A stretch of 64,000 nt of DNA, taken from assembly GCF_030222135.1 (NCBI RefSeq), contig NW_026988420.1:6515875-6579874 (forward strand), read 5' to 3'. The notes under the pieces were generated by a model that did no database searches, was not told where the DNA came from, and worked only from the letters and a program-made list of their open reading frames with translations. This DNA is from Aotus nancymaae. Taxonomy: Eukaryota. Shown piece by piece: positions 1 through 20,995 of this stretch (its first letter is position 1; each line of letters opens with the position of its first letter). The position numbers and the translations under genes are program-made.

Positions 1-5150
<5,150 letters not shown>

Positions 5151-6655
5151 ATTTTAAGCATTCTGACAGCATTGATAAATGTTAAATTTCTAACATTCTG
5201 ATACATATTTTATAATGCTCTGACTCACCAGGTGGATGGTCTTGACTTACGTTTAACTTCGTTGGATTCATTTCCCAAGTGTGAATCTGACTTTGGTTTT
5301 GGTTTCAAGGAAGGAAAGAATTTCCTCATCAGCTCTGATGTAGGAGGAGGACTTCTGCTCCTTCTAGATTTGCTCAAGTCTTCTCCCTTCTTGACTGGTG
5401 CAATCTTCCTTCTTAATGTTTTGTCCAGGATGCCTACTTCGTTATTAGGGTTGCATGTCTGCGGCGTCCCATAACTAGATTCATTCCCAAGAATAACATC
5501 ATGATTACACAAATTCTCCTCAAGGTCAGTCCAAGTTCTTTCATCATTAAAGTCCATTTTACTCATACTTAGGGATGAGGAGCTTGAGGGCTCAGACACT
5601 TGATGTTTTCTGCTTTCTATGATAGACTCATCGCTACTGTAATCTTTATCAGACAAATCCAGATCAACATCTCTCCTTTTATCTTCTTGAGTCCCGGTGT
5701 CCCTAAAAGGCCCCTTACCATCACAGACTTGTGGGCTATCCTCTCTGCTGCTGAAGCCCCTTTCTCTATCTTCAGTCAATGGTTTTATGGTAACATCAAG
5801 CTGTTCCTCAGAGGCAGTGCTACTGTCACTGTTCATAACACCTTCATTGTCACCTGCAATCCATTCAGTTTGATTTTCAGAAGTGCTCTTTTGGAAGACT
5901 TTCCTACTGATTTTACAAGGCTGTTCCCTCGATTCATCAGCTGAGGACAATGAACGGTTTTGTTTGGGTGTGACCTCACACTCACTCTCCTTCTCACGTG
6001 CAGCGTGGGCCAAATCCTCACTGCGGTTACACTGACCGACGGGACCTGCCGGATTTGTCTTCTGCGGCACAGCTTTGACAGGGGTGGAAGACATCCGGTG
6101 ACCTTTGCGGATCTCTTGATCCCTTTCTAAGATTTTCAGTACAAATGAAGAATTACTAGAAAATGATATTTCATCAGCAGCTTGTTCTAAAAACAAAAAA
6201 TCATCCAACTCCAAATATTCCTTTTCCTTTTCTCGTTCCCAAGTCTCTAATATTTTCTGAAGAGAAACGTCAAGAGAAGATTCCGAGTCTTTCACAGTCT
6301 CCCTGACACAGCTCTTAGAAGCCAGGCGGCTGCCCAGCCCTGTTGAAAGAGGACGTCTGTCTTTATCTGGTGTCTCATTCCACCCTGTACAGCCAGTATC
6401 GCAAGGTTTTGGATGCTCAGGTACATTTTCTTTATTATTAGATGTAACTTTTTTTTTCAAATTTGATCTGGTCTCTAAATTGCCCATCACATTCCTTCAC
6501 CGTCTGTATTTTCAATCCTGACAGAGAGAGATGTTTCCTGTTATTACACTTCAGCACTTTTGGCTTCTGACTGATGGTGACAGAACCCCTCCTGGTTCTA
6601 GCTTTGTTGTCCTTTTTAAGGGTAAGTTTCTCTGCACACGGTTCTTTATTTATGA

Positions 6656-6988
<333 letters not shown>

Positions 6989-6997
6989 TTTTGTCTA

Positions 6998-7141
<144 letters not shown>

Positions 7142-8512
7142 TTAATTGGCAATGGGCCTTCTGCTTCTTAAAAGAATAATATTTGAATTAATTCTGGTAT
7201 ATCCAAGTCATCTCAAAGTTATTTTTAAAGCAAATTATAGATAAATCTCTAAAGCCTTAGAATGATTTAATCAACAGAGCACAATTGTTAACCCTCAGCT
7301 GTTTTTGCTTCAGTTCTTGCTCTTCCAACCGAATTTGTTCTTCTAAGTAGTCTTCAAAGGTCTGTTTCCTTTCTCTAATAGCAGCTTTAATGGGTCTAAT
7401 TAGAAACACAAAGTTATTGAACATGCAAATCACAATGTGTAAATATGTTACACTTAGTGTGCCTGGTATGGAAACCCTAGACTACAGGGAGAAGTAACCT
7501 TTCCCAAAATCAGTGCCTCCCTTTAAGAAGCTAACTAAAGCCACAATCCTTTTCCACCCCTTAAATACAGGAGTATACAACACTCTTCACATGACTTTTG
7601 AGTTCTAAGAAAGCTTCTGAAGTCCATCTATTGACTACAGATTAACATATGGAATAGCATATTCATCAAATAACTTTAAAATTTATTTCAAAAATAGATC
7701 ACTAAATATACATTTTTTTAAGAAAGGCCTTTAACAATGTGAGTAGAGCAATTATCAGAAAAGTCATTTTGTTCATATCATAACATACATTAAAAATATT
7801 GAAATATATTTTTAAATAATCAACCTATTTAAAAGATAAAATACTTTACCTTTGCCATATTTTAAAATTCTATAACTCATCTAATTTTGCAATCATAATT
7901 GATAAGTGACCAAATGGGAGATCCCAATACTTAATTTTTCCCTTCTCCAAAAATAGGATTTAACTATTTGAGAGAAGATTGATTTTATCCAGATGTTTCT
8001 CTTAAGTGAAAAAGCTTTGGCAACACAATGTCAAAGCAACTTTAACCAATGCATCTCCCCAACCTCCTTTGTTGTTGACAATACCTAAAAGGTTGTATCT
8101 TTCACCTTATATTTAAAAGCACAGTCAGGCAAAAACAAGAAACTATAGCTCTTTCAAACAAGGAAACTGTTCAATAACAAAGGCCAGCTATTGTATTAAA
8201 TAGCATATTTCTCATTCCTTTCATTATGAACAATAGCTTTCTTCAATATTAGCCACTTCTGAGGAATCATCATCTCTCCCTGAATCTGTTCTATCATTTT
8301 CTCCCAATATGATAAAATACCTTCTCCTAAGATAAAAATTAGGAACAATTTTTCTCAAGAAAAACGATTCATATCTTAAAACATGAGAATTTTACAAGTT
8401 ACTGTACTAAAAACTTTTTAAATTAAAAATAATGTATGTCAATGATTTTATGACACTCAAGGAATTCTTTAATACTTAAGAGAAACTACAAAACTCCAAT
8501 TATGACACTTGA

Positions 8513-8815
<303 letters not shown>

Positions 8816-9440
8816 AGACACTTGACATTTCTTCAAAAGGTTAACGTTATGAGAAAGAAAAAAAATGTGGGCTTTTCTGGTAATAAAAAGACTAAAGAGT
8901 TGCAAGAATCAAACAACTCATAACTTGACGGGATATGCATGAATTTAATTGGGTCCTTTAAAAACAAAGCACCTTTAAAAGACATTTTGGGATAATTTGG
9001 GGAATTCCAAAATAAACTTGAATATTAAGGAATTATTAATTTCCTTAGGTATGATAAAAGCATTGTGGTTATACAGATGAATGTCCTTATTTTTACTTGA
9101 TGCATACTGAAATATTTGGAATGAAGTAACAAGATACCTTCATATTATTTTCAGTAAAATGGTTCAGCAAATTATACACAGAGGTAAAAATAAGGATATA
9201 AATGTAGATATATACACACATACATATATACATAAACTGACAAAGTAAATACAGCAAAATATTGACTGCTGAATCTAGGTGTTGGGTATATCAGTAATCA
9301 GGGCAGTGGTCTTTCAACTTTTCTGGATGTTTGAAATTTTCCAAAATAAAAGGCTAGGGAAGCATATTGTGTAAAAAAGAAAAACATATTTGAGCTTTCT
9401 ACACCAAGGAATTAACTCTAAATTAGAAACAAGGCATTAT

Positions 9441-9851
<411 letters not shown>

Positions 9852-10177
9852 TCACTCACCTGTAGGATGGTTACTGTTTTCTTCTTTTGAATCATTTTTT
9901 TCCCACAGGTGCTTCTTGATACTGTGCCTCAGAAAATAAATTAGAAGAAGCACTTTTTGAAGTTAAGACAAAATCTTCATGAGCAGTTCTACAGAAGTTG
10001 CCTGGCTCATGGGATAAAATGTCAGAGGCGTATGTTTCTTCCTGGGCTGAGTCTGGGTAGATGTATAATGGGAAGCAACATGGGCTCTCTCTCTGGTGGT
10101 GGCATTTCCTGTATATCTGTGCTTCTGACTCTGATCATCAGGCAGTAAACTCAAAACTTACAATTAAGAAAAGCAAC

Positions 10178-10595
<418 letters not shown>

Positions 10596-10596
10596 T

Positions 10597-10910
10597 TATT
10601 TATTTATTCATTCATTCATTTTTTGTTTGAGACAGTCTTGCTCTATCATCCAGACTGGAGCACAATGGCGCAATCTCAGCTCACTGTAACTTCCACTTCT
10701 TGGGTTCAAGCTATTCTCATGCCTCAGCCTCCTGAGTAGCTAGGATTACAGGCATGCACCACTATGCCTGGCTAATGTTTTTATATTTTTAGTAGAGATG
10801 TGATTTCACCATGTTGCCCAGGCTGGTCTCGAACCCCTGAGCTAAGGCAATCTGCCCACCTCGGCCTCCCAAAGTGTTAGAATTACAGGCATAAGCCACC
10901 ACACCCAGCT
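10597..10910 (-). mobile_element. Alu SINE
   Basis: (TTTA/TTCA)n tail then gagacagtcttgctc...ccacacccagct; TSD aaaatcatga. Confidence 0.85.
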
Positions 10911-11228
10911 AAAATCATGAAACTTTTAATTTCCAAAGTGACCTTCACATAGCTTTAAGTAAGAGTATATTTAGACACCGCTTCTGTGCAGTGTGGGTAC
11001 TGCAGAGCTGCAGCTGCCCAACTCCGGTTCCACATGTGAGAACATGCAGGTGTCAACTCTGCAGCCCTGCAATCAGCACATCAGACCTGGAACATCCACC
11101 AGACAGTGATGCCAGTGACCTGAGCTGTTCTCTAGTTACCAAAAGCTGCCCTTTAGATTATCCTTAAAATTTTGGTATCATTGGTTGATGGAATTAAGGC
11201 TGACTTTTTCTTTATGCATGATCTCGGC

Positions 11229-11454
11229 TCACTATAACCAAACCTCCCTGGTTCAAGTAATTCTCCTGCCTCAGCCACATGAGTAGCTAGGACTACAGGT
11301 GCCCGCCACCATGCCCAGCTAATTTTTGTAATTTTAGTAGAGATGGAGTTTCACCATGTTGTCTAGGCTGGTGTCGAACTCCTGACCTCCAGTGATCCGC
11401 CACCTCAGCCTCCCTAAATGCTGGGATTACAGGCATGAGCCACTGCGCCCAGCC
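11229..11454 (-). mobile_element. Alu SINE, truncated
   Basis: gatctcggctcactataacc...ccactgcgcccagcc. Confidence 0.8.
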
Positions 11455-11520
11455 AAGAGTTGACACCTTTTCATTGCTGATCTGATGACAGCAGAATTTG
11501 CTCTATCCAGAGAGGACATA

Positions 11521-11748
11521 TTAGGTGCAGTGGCTCACATCTATAATCCCAGCACTTTGGGACACTGAGTGGATCATTTGATTCCATTTGAATGTTAGCC
11601 AGGCATGGTGGCATGTACCTGCAGCCCTAGCTACTTGAGAGGCTGAGGCAGGAGGATCACTTGAGGCCAGGAGTTTAACGTTATGATCGCACCACTATAC
11701 TCCAGCCTGGGTAATAGAGTGAAGTCCCCCAACTCTTAAAAAGAAAAA
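11521..11748 (+). mobile_element. Alu SINE with internal deletion, followed by (GA)n
   Basis: ttaggtgcagtggctcacatctataatccc...tccagcctgggtaatagagtgaag. Confidence 0.8.
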
Positions 11749-12314
11749 AGAGAGAGAGAGAGAACATAAGTGCTAGCCTGGCCAAGGGATGATCTCCAAG
11801 CCCATGTCATCCAGGCCAGAAAGGAGAATTCTAACAGGTTGGGAAGATGCACAGATGCATGGGTCTGGCCTTTAGGCAAACCCAAGAAAACCCACACCCT
11901 TTACCTGTAGGAAGAGTGAAGGAGTTCTTCACCAAGGCCTGAAACCTCAGATTTCTAGAATTAATTCAGTAAAGAAGTTTCTAACAACACTCTTGGGTGC
12001 CAAGAGACATTTTTTTAATCTCGGCATTTTAATACAGGTAAATCTATTGCTGGTACATTGGACTTACAACAAAAGATCCTGGAAACCTAATGAGTCTATA
12101 CAACAAAGGGATTATCACATCCATTGCATTCTAGAATGCCTGACCAATGATGTTGAATAGACAGTAAAGGAGTTCCAGCTTGAATCTTTGATGTGATAAT
12201 GGCAGAGCAACACCGTAACAGTTGTTACACCTGTATTTTTGCTGTCTTCAAAAATAATAATAATTACGTAGCAGTTGGATGGTTCTTCAAGAATTCTATA
12301 GGTTTTTATTACAC

Positions 12315-12602
12315 ATTTTTTTAGATGGGGTGACTCTATCACTCAGGCTGAAGGATAGTAGCACGATCACAACTCACTGTAGCCTCAACCTCTAGGTCAC
12401 AAGTGGTCCTCCCACCTCAGTCTCCCAGCTAGCTGAGACCACAGGCATGTGCCCCACACCTGCCTAATTTTTGTATTTTTTTGTAGAGATGGGGTTTCGC
12501 CATGTTGCCCAGGTTGGTCTTGAACTCCTGGACTCAAGCGATCCACTTGCCTCAGCCTCCTAAAGTGCTGGGATTATAGGCATGAGTCACTGCACCTGGC
12601 CT
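12315..12602 (-). mobile_element. Alu SINE
   Basis: tttttttagatggggtgactc...cactgcacctggcc. Confidence 0.85.
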
Positions 12603-12867
12603 CTCCATCATTTCTGTAGGATAGTTTTGATAGATATCAAATTCATGGTTACCAGTTTGTTTGTTTTCTTTCAGCACTTTATATCACTCCACTGCCTTCT
12701 GGATTCCATGGTAATAGATTGGCTGTTAATCTTATGCAAGGTCCTTTGTATGTAGTGATCATTCTGTCTAGCTGCTTTTAAGCTTCTCTGTCTTTGGTTT
12801 TCAACCATTTGATTATTAATATAATGCTATTGTGGACTCTGAATTTATAATACTTAAAGTTCATGGA

Positions 12868-12939
12868 GCTTCTTGGAAGTGTTACATTACGTCTTTTATC
12901 AAAGCTTCTTGGAAGTGTTACATTACGTCTTTTATCAAA
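12868..12939. repeat. Perfect 36-bp tandem duplication
   Basis: gcttcttggaagtgttacattacgtcttttatcaaa repeated twice, head to tail. Confidence 0.9.
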
Positions 12940-13200
12940 TTGGAGACTTTGGAGCCACTGTTTCTTCAGATACTCTTCCAGCCCCTTTTACCCTCTTATT
13001 TCTTTCTGGGACTCCCATTATGCATATGCTGGTACACTTGATGGTGTCCAGAAATCTTTTGGACTTTGATCTTTATTCTTTTACTTTATGCTCCTCAGAT
13101 TTAATAATTTCAATTGTTTTATCTTCCTTCTTTTACCTGCTTAAATCTACTGTTGAGCATCACTTGTGAATTTTTCATTTCAGTTATTGTACTTTTGTTC

Positions 13201-13495
13201 TTTTTCTTTTCTTTTTTCAGAGACAAAGTGTTGCTCTGTCGCCTAGGCTGGAGTACGGGAGTGCAATCATAGCTCACTGCAGCCGTGAACTCCTGGGCTC
13301 AAGGGATCCTCCTGCCTTAGCCTCCTGAGTAGCTAGGACCACAGGCATGCACCACCATGCCCAGTTAATTTTGTAATTTTTCTGTAGAGATGGGGTCTCG
13401 CTATGTTGCCAAGGCAAACTCTTGGCCTCAAGCGATCCTCCCACCTTGGCCTCCCAAGGCGCTGCGTTTACAGGCATGAGCCACCATGCCTCATC
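13201..13495 (-). mobile_element. Alu SINE
   Basis: T-rich tail, gagacaaagtgttgctctgtcgcctaggctggagt...gagccaccatgcc. Confidence 0.85.
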
Positions 13496-13599
13496 CTATT
13501 GTGCTTTTTAACTACACAATTTCCCTTTGCTTCTTTTTAGTTCCAAAGTTTCTGTTTGGTTCCTTTTATAATTTCTATCTCTTTATTAATATTGTTTTT

Positions 13600-14680
13600 T
13601 AAATAACTTCATTTTAGATTCAGAGGGTACGCTGCAGGTTTGTTACCTAAGTATAATTCATGGTGCTGAGGTTTGGGGTATGATTGAGCCCCTCACCCAG
13701 GTACTGAGCATAGTACCCAATAGGTTTTCAACCCTTGCCCCCCCATCTAGTAGTCCCCAGTGTCTGTTGTTGCCATCTTTATGTCCATGAGTACCCAGTG
13801 TTTAGCTCCCACTTACAAATGACAACACGCAGTATTTGGTTTTTCTGTTCCTTCATTAACTCACTTAGTACAATGGCCTCCATTTGCATCCATATTGCTT
13901 TAAAGGACATGATTTCATTCTTTTTATGGCTTCAGAGTATCCCATATTGCATATGTACCACATTTTCTTTATCCAATCCATTGTTGATGGGCACCTAGGT
14001 TGATTCCGTGTCTTTATTGTGAATAGTGCTGTGACGAACATACTAGTGCATGTGTCTTTTTGGTAGAATGAGTTCTTTTCTTTTGGATGTGTGCCCAGTA
14101 ATGGGATTCCTGGGTCGAATGGCAATTCTGTTTTCAGCTCTTTGAGAAATCTCCAAACTGCTTTCCACAGTGGTTGAACTAATTTACATTCTCACCCACA
14201 GTATATAAGCATTTCCTTTTCAATGCAGCCTTGCCAGCATCTGTTGTTTCTTGAGTTTTTAATAGTAACTGTCTGACTGGTGTAAGATGGTATCTCAATG
14301 TAGTTTTGATTTGCACTTCTCTGATGATTAGTGACGTTGAGCTTTTTTCATGTTTGTTGAACATTTGTACATCGTCTATTGCATATTCTCTATTTGTTGA
14401 GACATTGTTCTCCTGGTTCTCTTTCAGTTCTTTTTCTATATTTCCTTTCACTTTCTGTCCATGCTTAAGACAGTTTATGTAAAGTATTTGTCTAATAATT
14501 CCCATGTCTGTGCTTCCTCAGCTCAGGGACAGTTTCTGTTCATTTCTTTTTTTCCTCTGAATTGGCCATTTTTTTCATTTTTTGTTTTTTTGCATGCCTC
14601 ATAATTTTTTGTTGAAGATTGGACATTTTGAGCATTATAATGTGGTAACTCTGGAAATCAGAGTCTCTCTCCTCCCCAGA
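13600..14680 (-). mobile_element. L1 3' fragment (ORF2 C-terminus plus 3'UTR)
   Basis: Revcomp reads the L1 3'UTR (ggtaacaaacctgcagcgtaccctctgaatc). ORF 14179-14505 (-) is ...SLIIREVQIKTTLRYHLTPVRQ, the L1 ORF2 C-terminus. Confidence 0.75.
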
Positions 14681-15329
14681 ATCTCTTGTTTCTTGGACAA
14701 CCTTATAGTGTAGGTTGCAATGATGAAACTGGGTGAATTATCTTGTCCAAAAGCCCCTTGGTAATAAATTGTGGAGTCAGAATTCAACCCCATACCCTTT
14801 CCACTCTATTCTCTACTCTATCCTTTCTAGTCTCATTTTATTCAGTATCCTAAAAATCTGAATCTTCCCCATTGCTTTACTCCCATTTCAGTGAATCTCA
14901 AATCTGTATCTCCAGCCCCGCCTCTCTTGAATGGCAGATTAATATATTTCCAACTACTCACAAACACTATCACTAATTTCAAACTCAGGAAGGCTTAAAG
15001 TAAATTTATCTTACTCTCCTGTTTCCCCGATTTTCCCGAAATTTTCTTCTTTCTGTCCTTAGGAATCCCTTCCATTTCTCAGTTAAAGGACAGGACCATC
15101 CACCCACCTCTCCCGAGCTTTTGGATTTATCCTCACTGGCCAAATCCCTCCTGAAATATGAAACTGAAACAAACTCGTGAACCTTCGGGCTGATCTTGGA
15201 AGAGACACCCCCACCAGAGGCCGGGTGCCCCTCCCCACCTGGCGGACCGGATTTCAGGCGCGTTCTGGCGACCGTCCCCGCTAGGGACGCTGCGCTCGCC
15301 GGGTGCGGGGCGGGGTTCCGGCCGCAGGA

Positions 15330-15423
15330 GCCCCTGGGTCACGGAGAGCCCAGAATCCGGAAGCACCGAGAGCTAGCAGAGCCGAATCGGGGAGCGCCGG
15401 GAGCCTGCCGGATCCTCTGGCAG
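15330..15423 (+). other. PARP4: Candidate PARP4 non-coding exon 1 (5'UTR); TSS not determinable from sequence
   Basis: Strong donor ctggcag|gtgcgtggg at 15423/15424 inside the CpG island. An alternative donor is cacccag|gtgacgag at 15774/15775. Either would splice to the acceptor at 24649. Confidence 0.35.
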
Positions 15424-15486
15424 GTGCGTGGGCCCCGCGGGGTGGGGGGCCGCCAAGGGTCCCTGTAGTCCTGGCCAGGAAGTAGC

Positions 15487-15665
15487 CCGCGCGCCCTGCG
15501 CGGCGCCTTCTCCGCCCGTGGCTGCGCCCTCGTCCTGCGCGGCCCCTTCTCCGCCCGTGGCTGCGCCCTCGTCCTGCGCGGCCCCTTCTCCGCCCGTGGC
15601 TGCGCCCTCGACCTGCGCGTTGCCTTCTCCGCCCGTGGCTGCGCCCTTGTCCTGCGCGGCATTGG
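15487..15665. repeat. 39-bp minisatellite, ~4.5 copies, inside the CpG island
   Basis: Unit tgcgcggccccttctccgcccgtggctgcgccctcgtcc in tandem. The six-frame track shows the periodic peptide GRGRSHGRRRGRA on the minus strand. Confidence 0.9.
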
Positions 15666-17121
15666 CGCTGTAGGCCTGACCCGGCTGTGGGGCGCGGGGT
15701 GGGCGCGGTGGTGCAGCCCGCGCCCTCGGGGACGGATGTCGCGATGGTTCCGCTCTGCCCCGCAGCGCACCCAGGTGACGAGAAACTGGGTGGGGTGGGG
15801 GGCGCCCACCGGAGCCAGCACTCACACCTGTGTCTGCGGACCCCTTGCCGTGCTCGAGAAAACGAGCGACTAGAAGTAGAAATCGGTGTTCCATGTTTCC
15901 AGAATGCCAAACGGCTTTCTTTCCTAAAGAAGGAAGGTGGTTTGGTGAATAATCGGGATTATCTGACCTTGCGAGTCACTGGGAACACAGTGATAGAAAC
16001 AAAGTTGAAAACCTCTAACTCAGTTAAATAATTCCTGCAGGGAGGGCCGAATGATTCACCCAGGGATCGAGTTGGTAGATCTCGGCTTCTAGAAAACCAA
16101 GGCGCTGCTAAATATTCAAGCCCAAGCACTTTCGATTCTGGACTGCTGAATGACAATAATTATATGAAAATATCCAGGCATAGTGTTATGATAAAGTGGA
16201 AACTCGGTCTCAGTGTATGCGTCATTTGACTTGATCACTTATTAAATTAACATTTATTAGGTCCTGTCTGTGTGCGTAGAGCTGGTTAATGCCATGTAGG
16301 AATGGAATCAAAGTAGTACCTTTGTTGTTTAGGGGTTTAATAATCCCATTAGGAAGGTGCATTACTGATGTCATTTGAGTCCAAAACGCAAATAGTGTCA
16401 GAAGGCTTTCTGTAATCCTGGGCTTTAATTGATGCGTGAAATAGTTTTTAGTAAGCAACCTTTTATTGAATGCCCCCTGTATATCAAAAGTGATCGTCTG
16501 CGATGACTCATTTCGGAAGGCGAAGGCTCTAGAATCAAGACTGCCCAGAAAGGGACTCCTCGGGGTTTTCCGAGAGGAGGAAATGCTAGTGGGACAAAGA
16601 CCTGTGAAGCAGGAAGCCACCTGATTCCACCTAGCCAATGATTTATAGATAGAGCAGCCAGGAGTTTGTGAGGCGACGTGTTGAGGGTGTCTTAGGAACT
16701 GGGGCTGTGCCCTGCTATCTTTGGATGAAAGACACTCCCTGAATGTTGTTTTGGGAAGAAGCTGGGAAGGGGGACAAGCTGGAGTGACCGTGCAGATTTG
16801 CCTTAGAGGATAACCAGCCCCTAGCCCGGTGTCTGCCACGGCTCATGTGTAAGTAATTGGTGCTGATGAAAATGTGAACTAACTCTGTGTTAGAGAACAC
16901 TTTGAAACAAGGAAGAACTGGTGGCACATGTCGGTTAGGAAGCTGTTAACCCAGACGGGGCCTGGCATTTTAGAGAGTGTAGAGACGAATCTGTTGGAAA
17001 GACAGAAGTCAAGGCGTGACTTGACATTTCACAAAACCCAAAGTCTGCCTTTCCATAACTCCCATGCAGCCGCAGGTGCTAAGAACAGCCCAGAGATTTA
17101 TATTTAAAGTGTTTGTACTCT

Positions 17122-17500
<379 letters not shown>

Positions 17501-17900
17501 AAATGTTTATACTTCTTGATTCAGTAATTCCACTTCTGACCATCTACTTTAAGAAAACAATGACAGAGATTTGGCCAAAAAATATATGTACAAACATTCT
17601 ATTCCAAGTGTATTTCTAATAGTGAACACTTTTAAATAATAAAATATCTGATGACTTGGGGAAGGATGAAATCAATGCAAAGCTTATGTAACCACTAAAA
17701 TTACCTTCAAAGCATATTTAGTGGCATGGGAAGCACGTCATTAAAAGCTAAATAAGCTGTGAAGATGAAAGTTCTGTTTTAAAAAAAGTTAAATAAGAGC
17801 AACTGTCTATAGCATTAAATATAGAATATTAATAATTTAGAAAATAGAATGATACAAGAAAGAATAATACCAGAAAAAAATATTAAAATACCAACAGTAG

Positions 17901-18197
17901 GGGCTGGGTGCGGCAGCTCACGCCTGTAATCCCAGCACTTTGGGAGGCAAAGGTGGATGGATAACTTGAGCTCAGAAGTTGGAGACCATCCTGGCCAACA
18001 TGGTGAAACCTTGTCTCTACTAAAAGTACAAAAATTAGCTGGACGTTGCGGCACGTGCCTGTAGTCCCAGCTATTCAGAGGCTGAGGCATGAGATTGCTT
18101 GAACCTGGGAGGCAGAAGGTTGTGATGAGCTAAGATTGTGCCACTGCACTCCAGCCTGGGAAACAGAGCAAGACTGGCTCAAAAAACAAACAAAAAC
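17901..18197 (+). mobile_element. Alu SINE
   Basis: gggctgggtgcggcagctcacgcctgtaatccc...ctgggaaacagagcaagac. Confidence 0.85.
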
Positions 18198-18339
18198 AGT
18201 AGCATGTTTTTTAAAAACAACTTTATTGACCATAATATGTACAACTATTATGTATCAAAAAAACGCTATTTAAAAAATGTATTGGGGTACAATTTACATA
18301 CCATTAAATTTACTGATTTTAATTGTACAATTCAATAAT

Positions 18340-18890
<551 letters not shown>

Positions 18891-19322
18891 AATTCAAAAA
18901 TTTTTAATAATTTACCAAGTTGTGTACCATCATTACAGTCTAGTTTTGAACAATTTCCATCATTTTAGGTGTTTTGATTTTTTCTTCATAGTGATTAACT
19001 TTTAACACGAAAAAAATTGTTCAAACTTTGATTTGGTAGCTCTAGTTAAATATTATCTTCTAAGATGGTTGTAGGAGATGCAAACAAGGATTTGCAATGT
19101 AAGGATGTTTATCATAGCTTTTTATGATACCAAAAATTCAAAATGATTTAATTTTCCAACAATAAATCATTTACGGTTCCTATCTGATAGCCTCTATTAA
19201 AAATGTTTTCCAATAATATTTAATGACAAATTGCTAAAGATAAGATGCTGACTGATAATAGCAGGATAGGTATTATGTGTGTAGTGTGATTTCAATTTTG
19301 ATTAAAAAATATATATAGTCTA

Positions 19323-19685
<363 letters not shown>

Positions 19686-20995
19686 TTATAAATAGACCTA
19701 GAAAAAAGCCCAGAAGAAAAACATAAAACAAGATGCTAACATAGCCCTAGGTTTTGAGATTTTTTTTTTTTTTTGCTGCTATACGGTTCTGTATTTTTCA
19801 GATTTTCAACAGTGACCATAAATCACTTTTCCAAGAAACACTTTTTAAACAGGTCAGAGGATTGACCACATCCAGGACCATCTGAAAGAAGTGGACTTGA
19901 GTAGCCACTCCATGTCAGCCAGCCTTGGCCAGCATAGGTGGGGGTGCAGTATCACACAGAGACTGCCCTGAAAAGTGTTTTGTCTTGTTTTTAATTGTCA
20001 CAGATTACGACTAGCGTAGATTAACCTAAATAATATGGTGAAATCTCTTTTACAGTACCCCTCATTTCACCCTCCTGTCTACGCACAGATGCTAATTAGT
20101 GAATGTAAGAGGCAGTGAACGAATGAAACTTGTACATGCTGATGTTATGGAAAGGCAGAATTGCATCGAGAGACTTCAGTTTAACCCAACCTCAAACGAA
20201 AGACTAAAAAATATGAATCCCTAATGTGTTCATTCGTTGTGTCCTGGATGGGGGATACAGCATGGGGTGAGGAAGGGCTGGGGTCCCAGGGAGAGGGACT
20301 ATAATATATAACAGCATGTGTCAAGACTTGGAGGACCAAGCTGTGAGTTTCTTCCTCCTGAAGAAAAGGCCAGCGTGGCCAGGAGGGAATGAGACAACCA
20401 CTGGCCTTGAACCATGATAAGCAATTTGTATTTTATTTGAAATGTAATTTTTTAAAAATCAAGATTCCTCCAGGTACAGTGTGAAGAAGAGATTGAACAC
20501 GGGTGCAACAGGAGTGGGAGCCAGTCAGGATGAGAGGGCATGGGCCAGGGTGGCAGCAGGAGGGACAAGTTCTATGGATTGGGGCTGTATCACCGGCTGT
20601 GATGGAAGAGATACAGCTGGCAGAAGGGGGCGGGGGGTGCAGCGACTCAAGAATAGCACCCAGTTGTTGTCTCCAGCTGAGAGGGCTGAAGAGGTCTAGG
20701 CTGAGGACCTGGCACCTCTGTGGTGCCCAGGAGACCCAGAAGTGAGGTGTCAGGGAGGCAGTGGCATTGTGTCCTCCATTGGAAGCCCAGGGAATGGGTA
20801 CCGCCATCCAACACACACACAGCAAAGGTACTAGGTAGGGCAGGGCCTCCGGCCTGTAGGAGTGGGAAGTCCAAGGGCAGGCAGAGCAAAGGAGAAACGC
20901 GGAGCCCAACCGCGGTGCAGAGCGGTGGGCTTTTGGCGACTCCGCTTAGTCCCCGGACACGCGGAACCCACCGCAGAGAGCCTGACCAGCCTGCC

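Larger units (their letters stand above)
15180..15900. promoter_or_regulatory. PARP4: CpG island, the likely PARP4 promoter (possibly bidirectional)
   Basis: Abrupt rise to very high GC and CpG density; GC boxes (ggggcgggg at ~15308). Sits ~9 kb upstream of the first coding exon, between the divergent CENPJ-like block and PARP4. Confidence 0.75.

Noticed and set aside
15196-16031. Several overlapping 60-210-aa ORFs on both strands (Arg/Gly/Pro/Ala-rich)
   Set aside because: They lie inside the CpG island and the 39-bp minisatellite. GC-rich DNA lacks stop codons, and the periodic peptides just mirror the tandem repeat.
16222-16839. 205-aa ORF on the minus strand in unique sequence just downstream of the CpG island
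   Set aside because: It has no recognisable domain or motif, no splice-site context and no match to anything I know. The composition looks like translated non-coding DNA. An ORF of this length is expected by chance about once per few hundred kb. I treat it as spurious unless expression data say otherwise.
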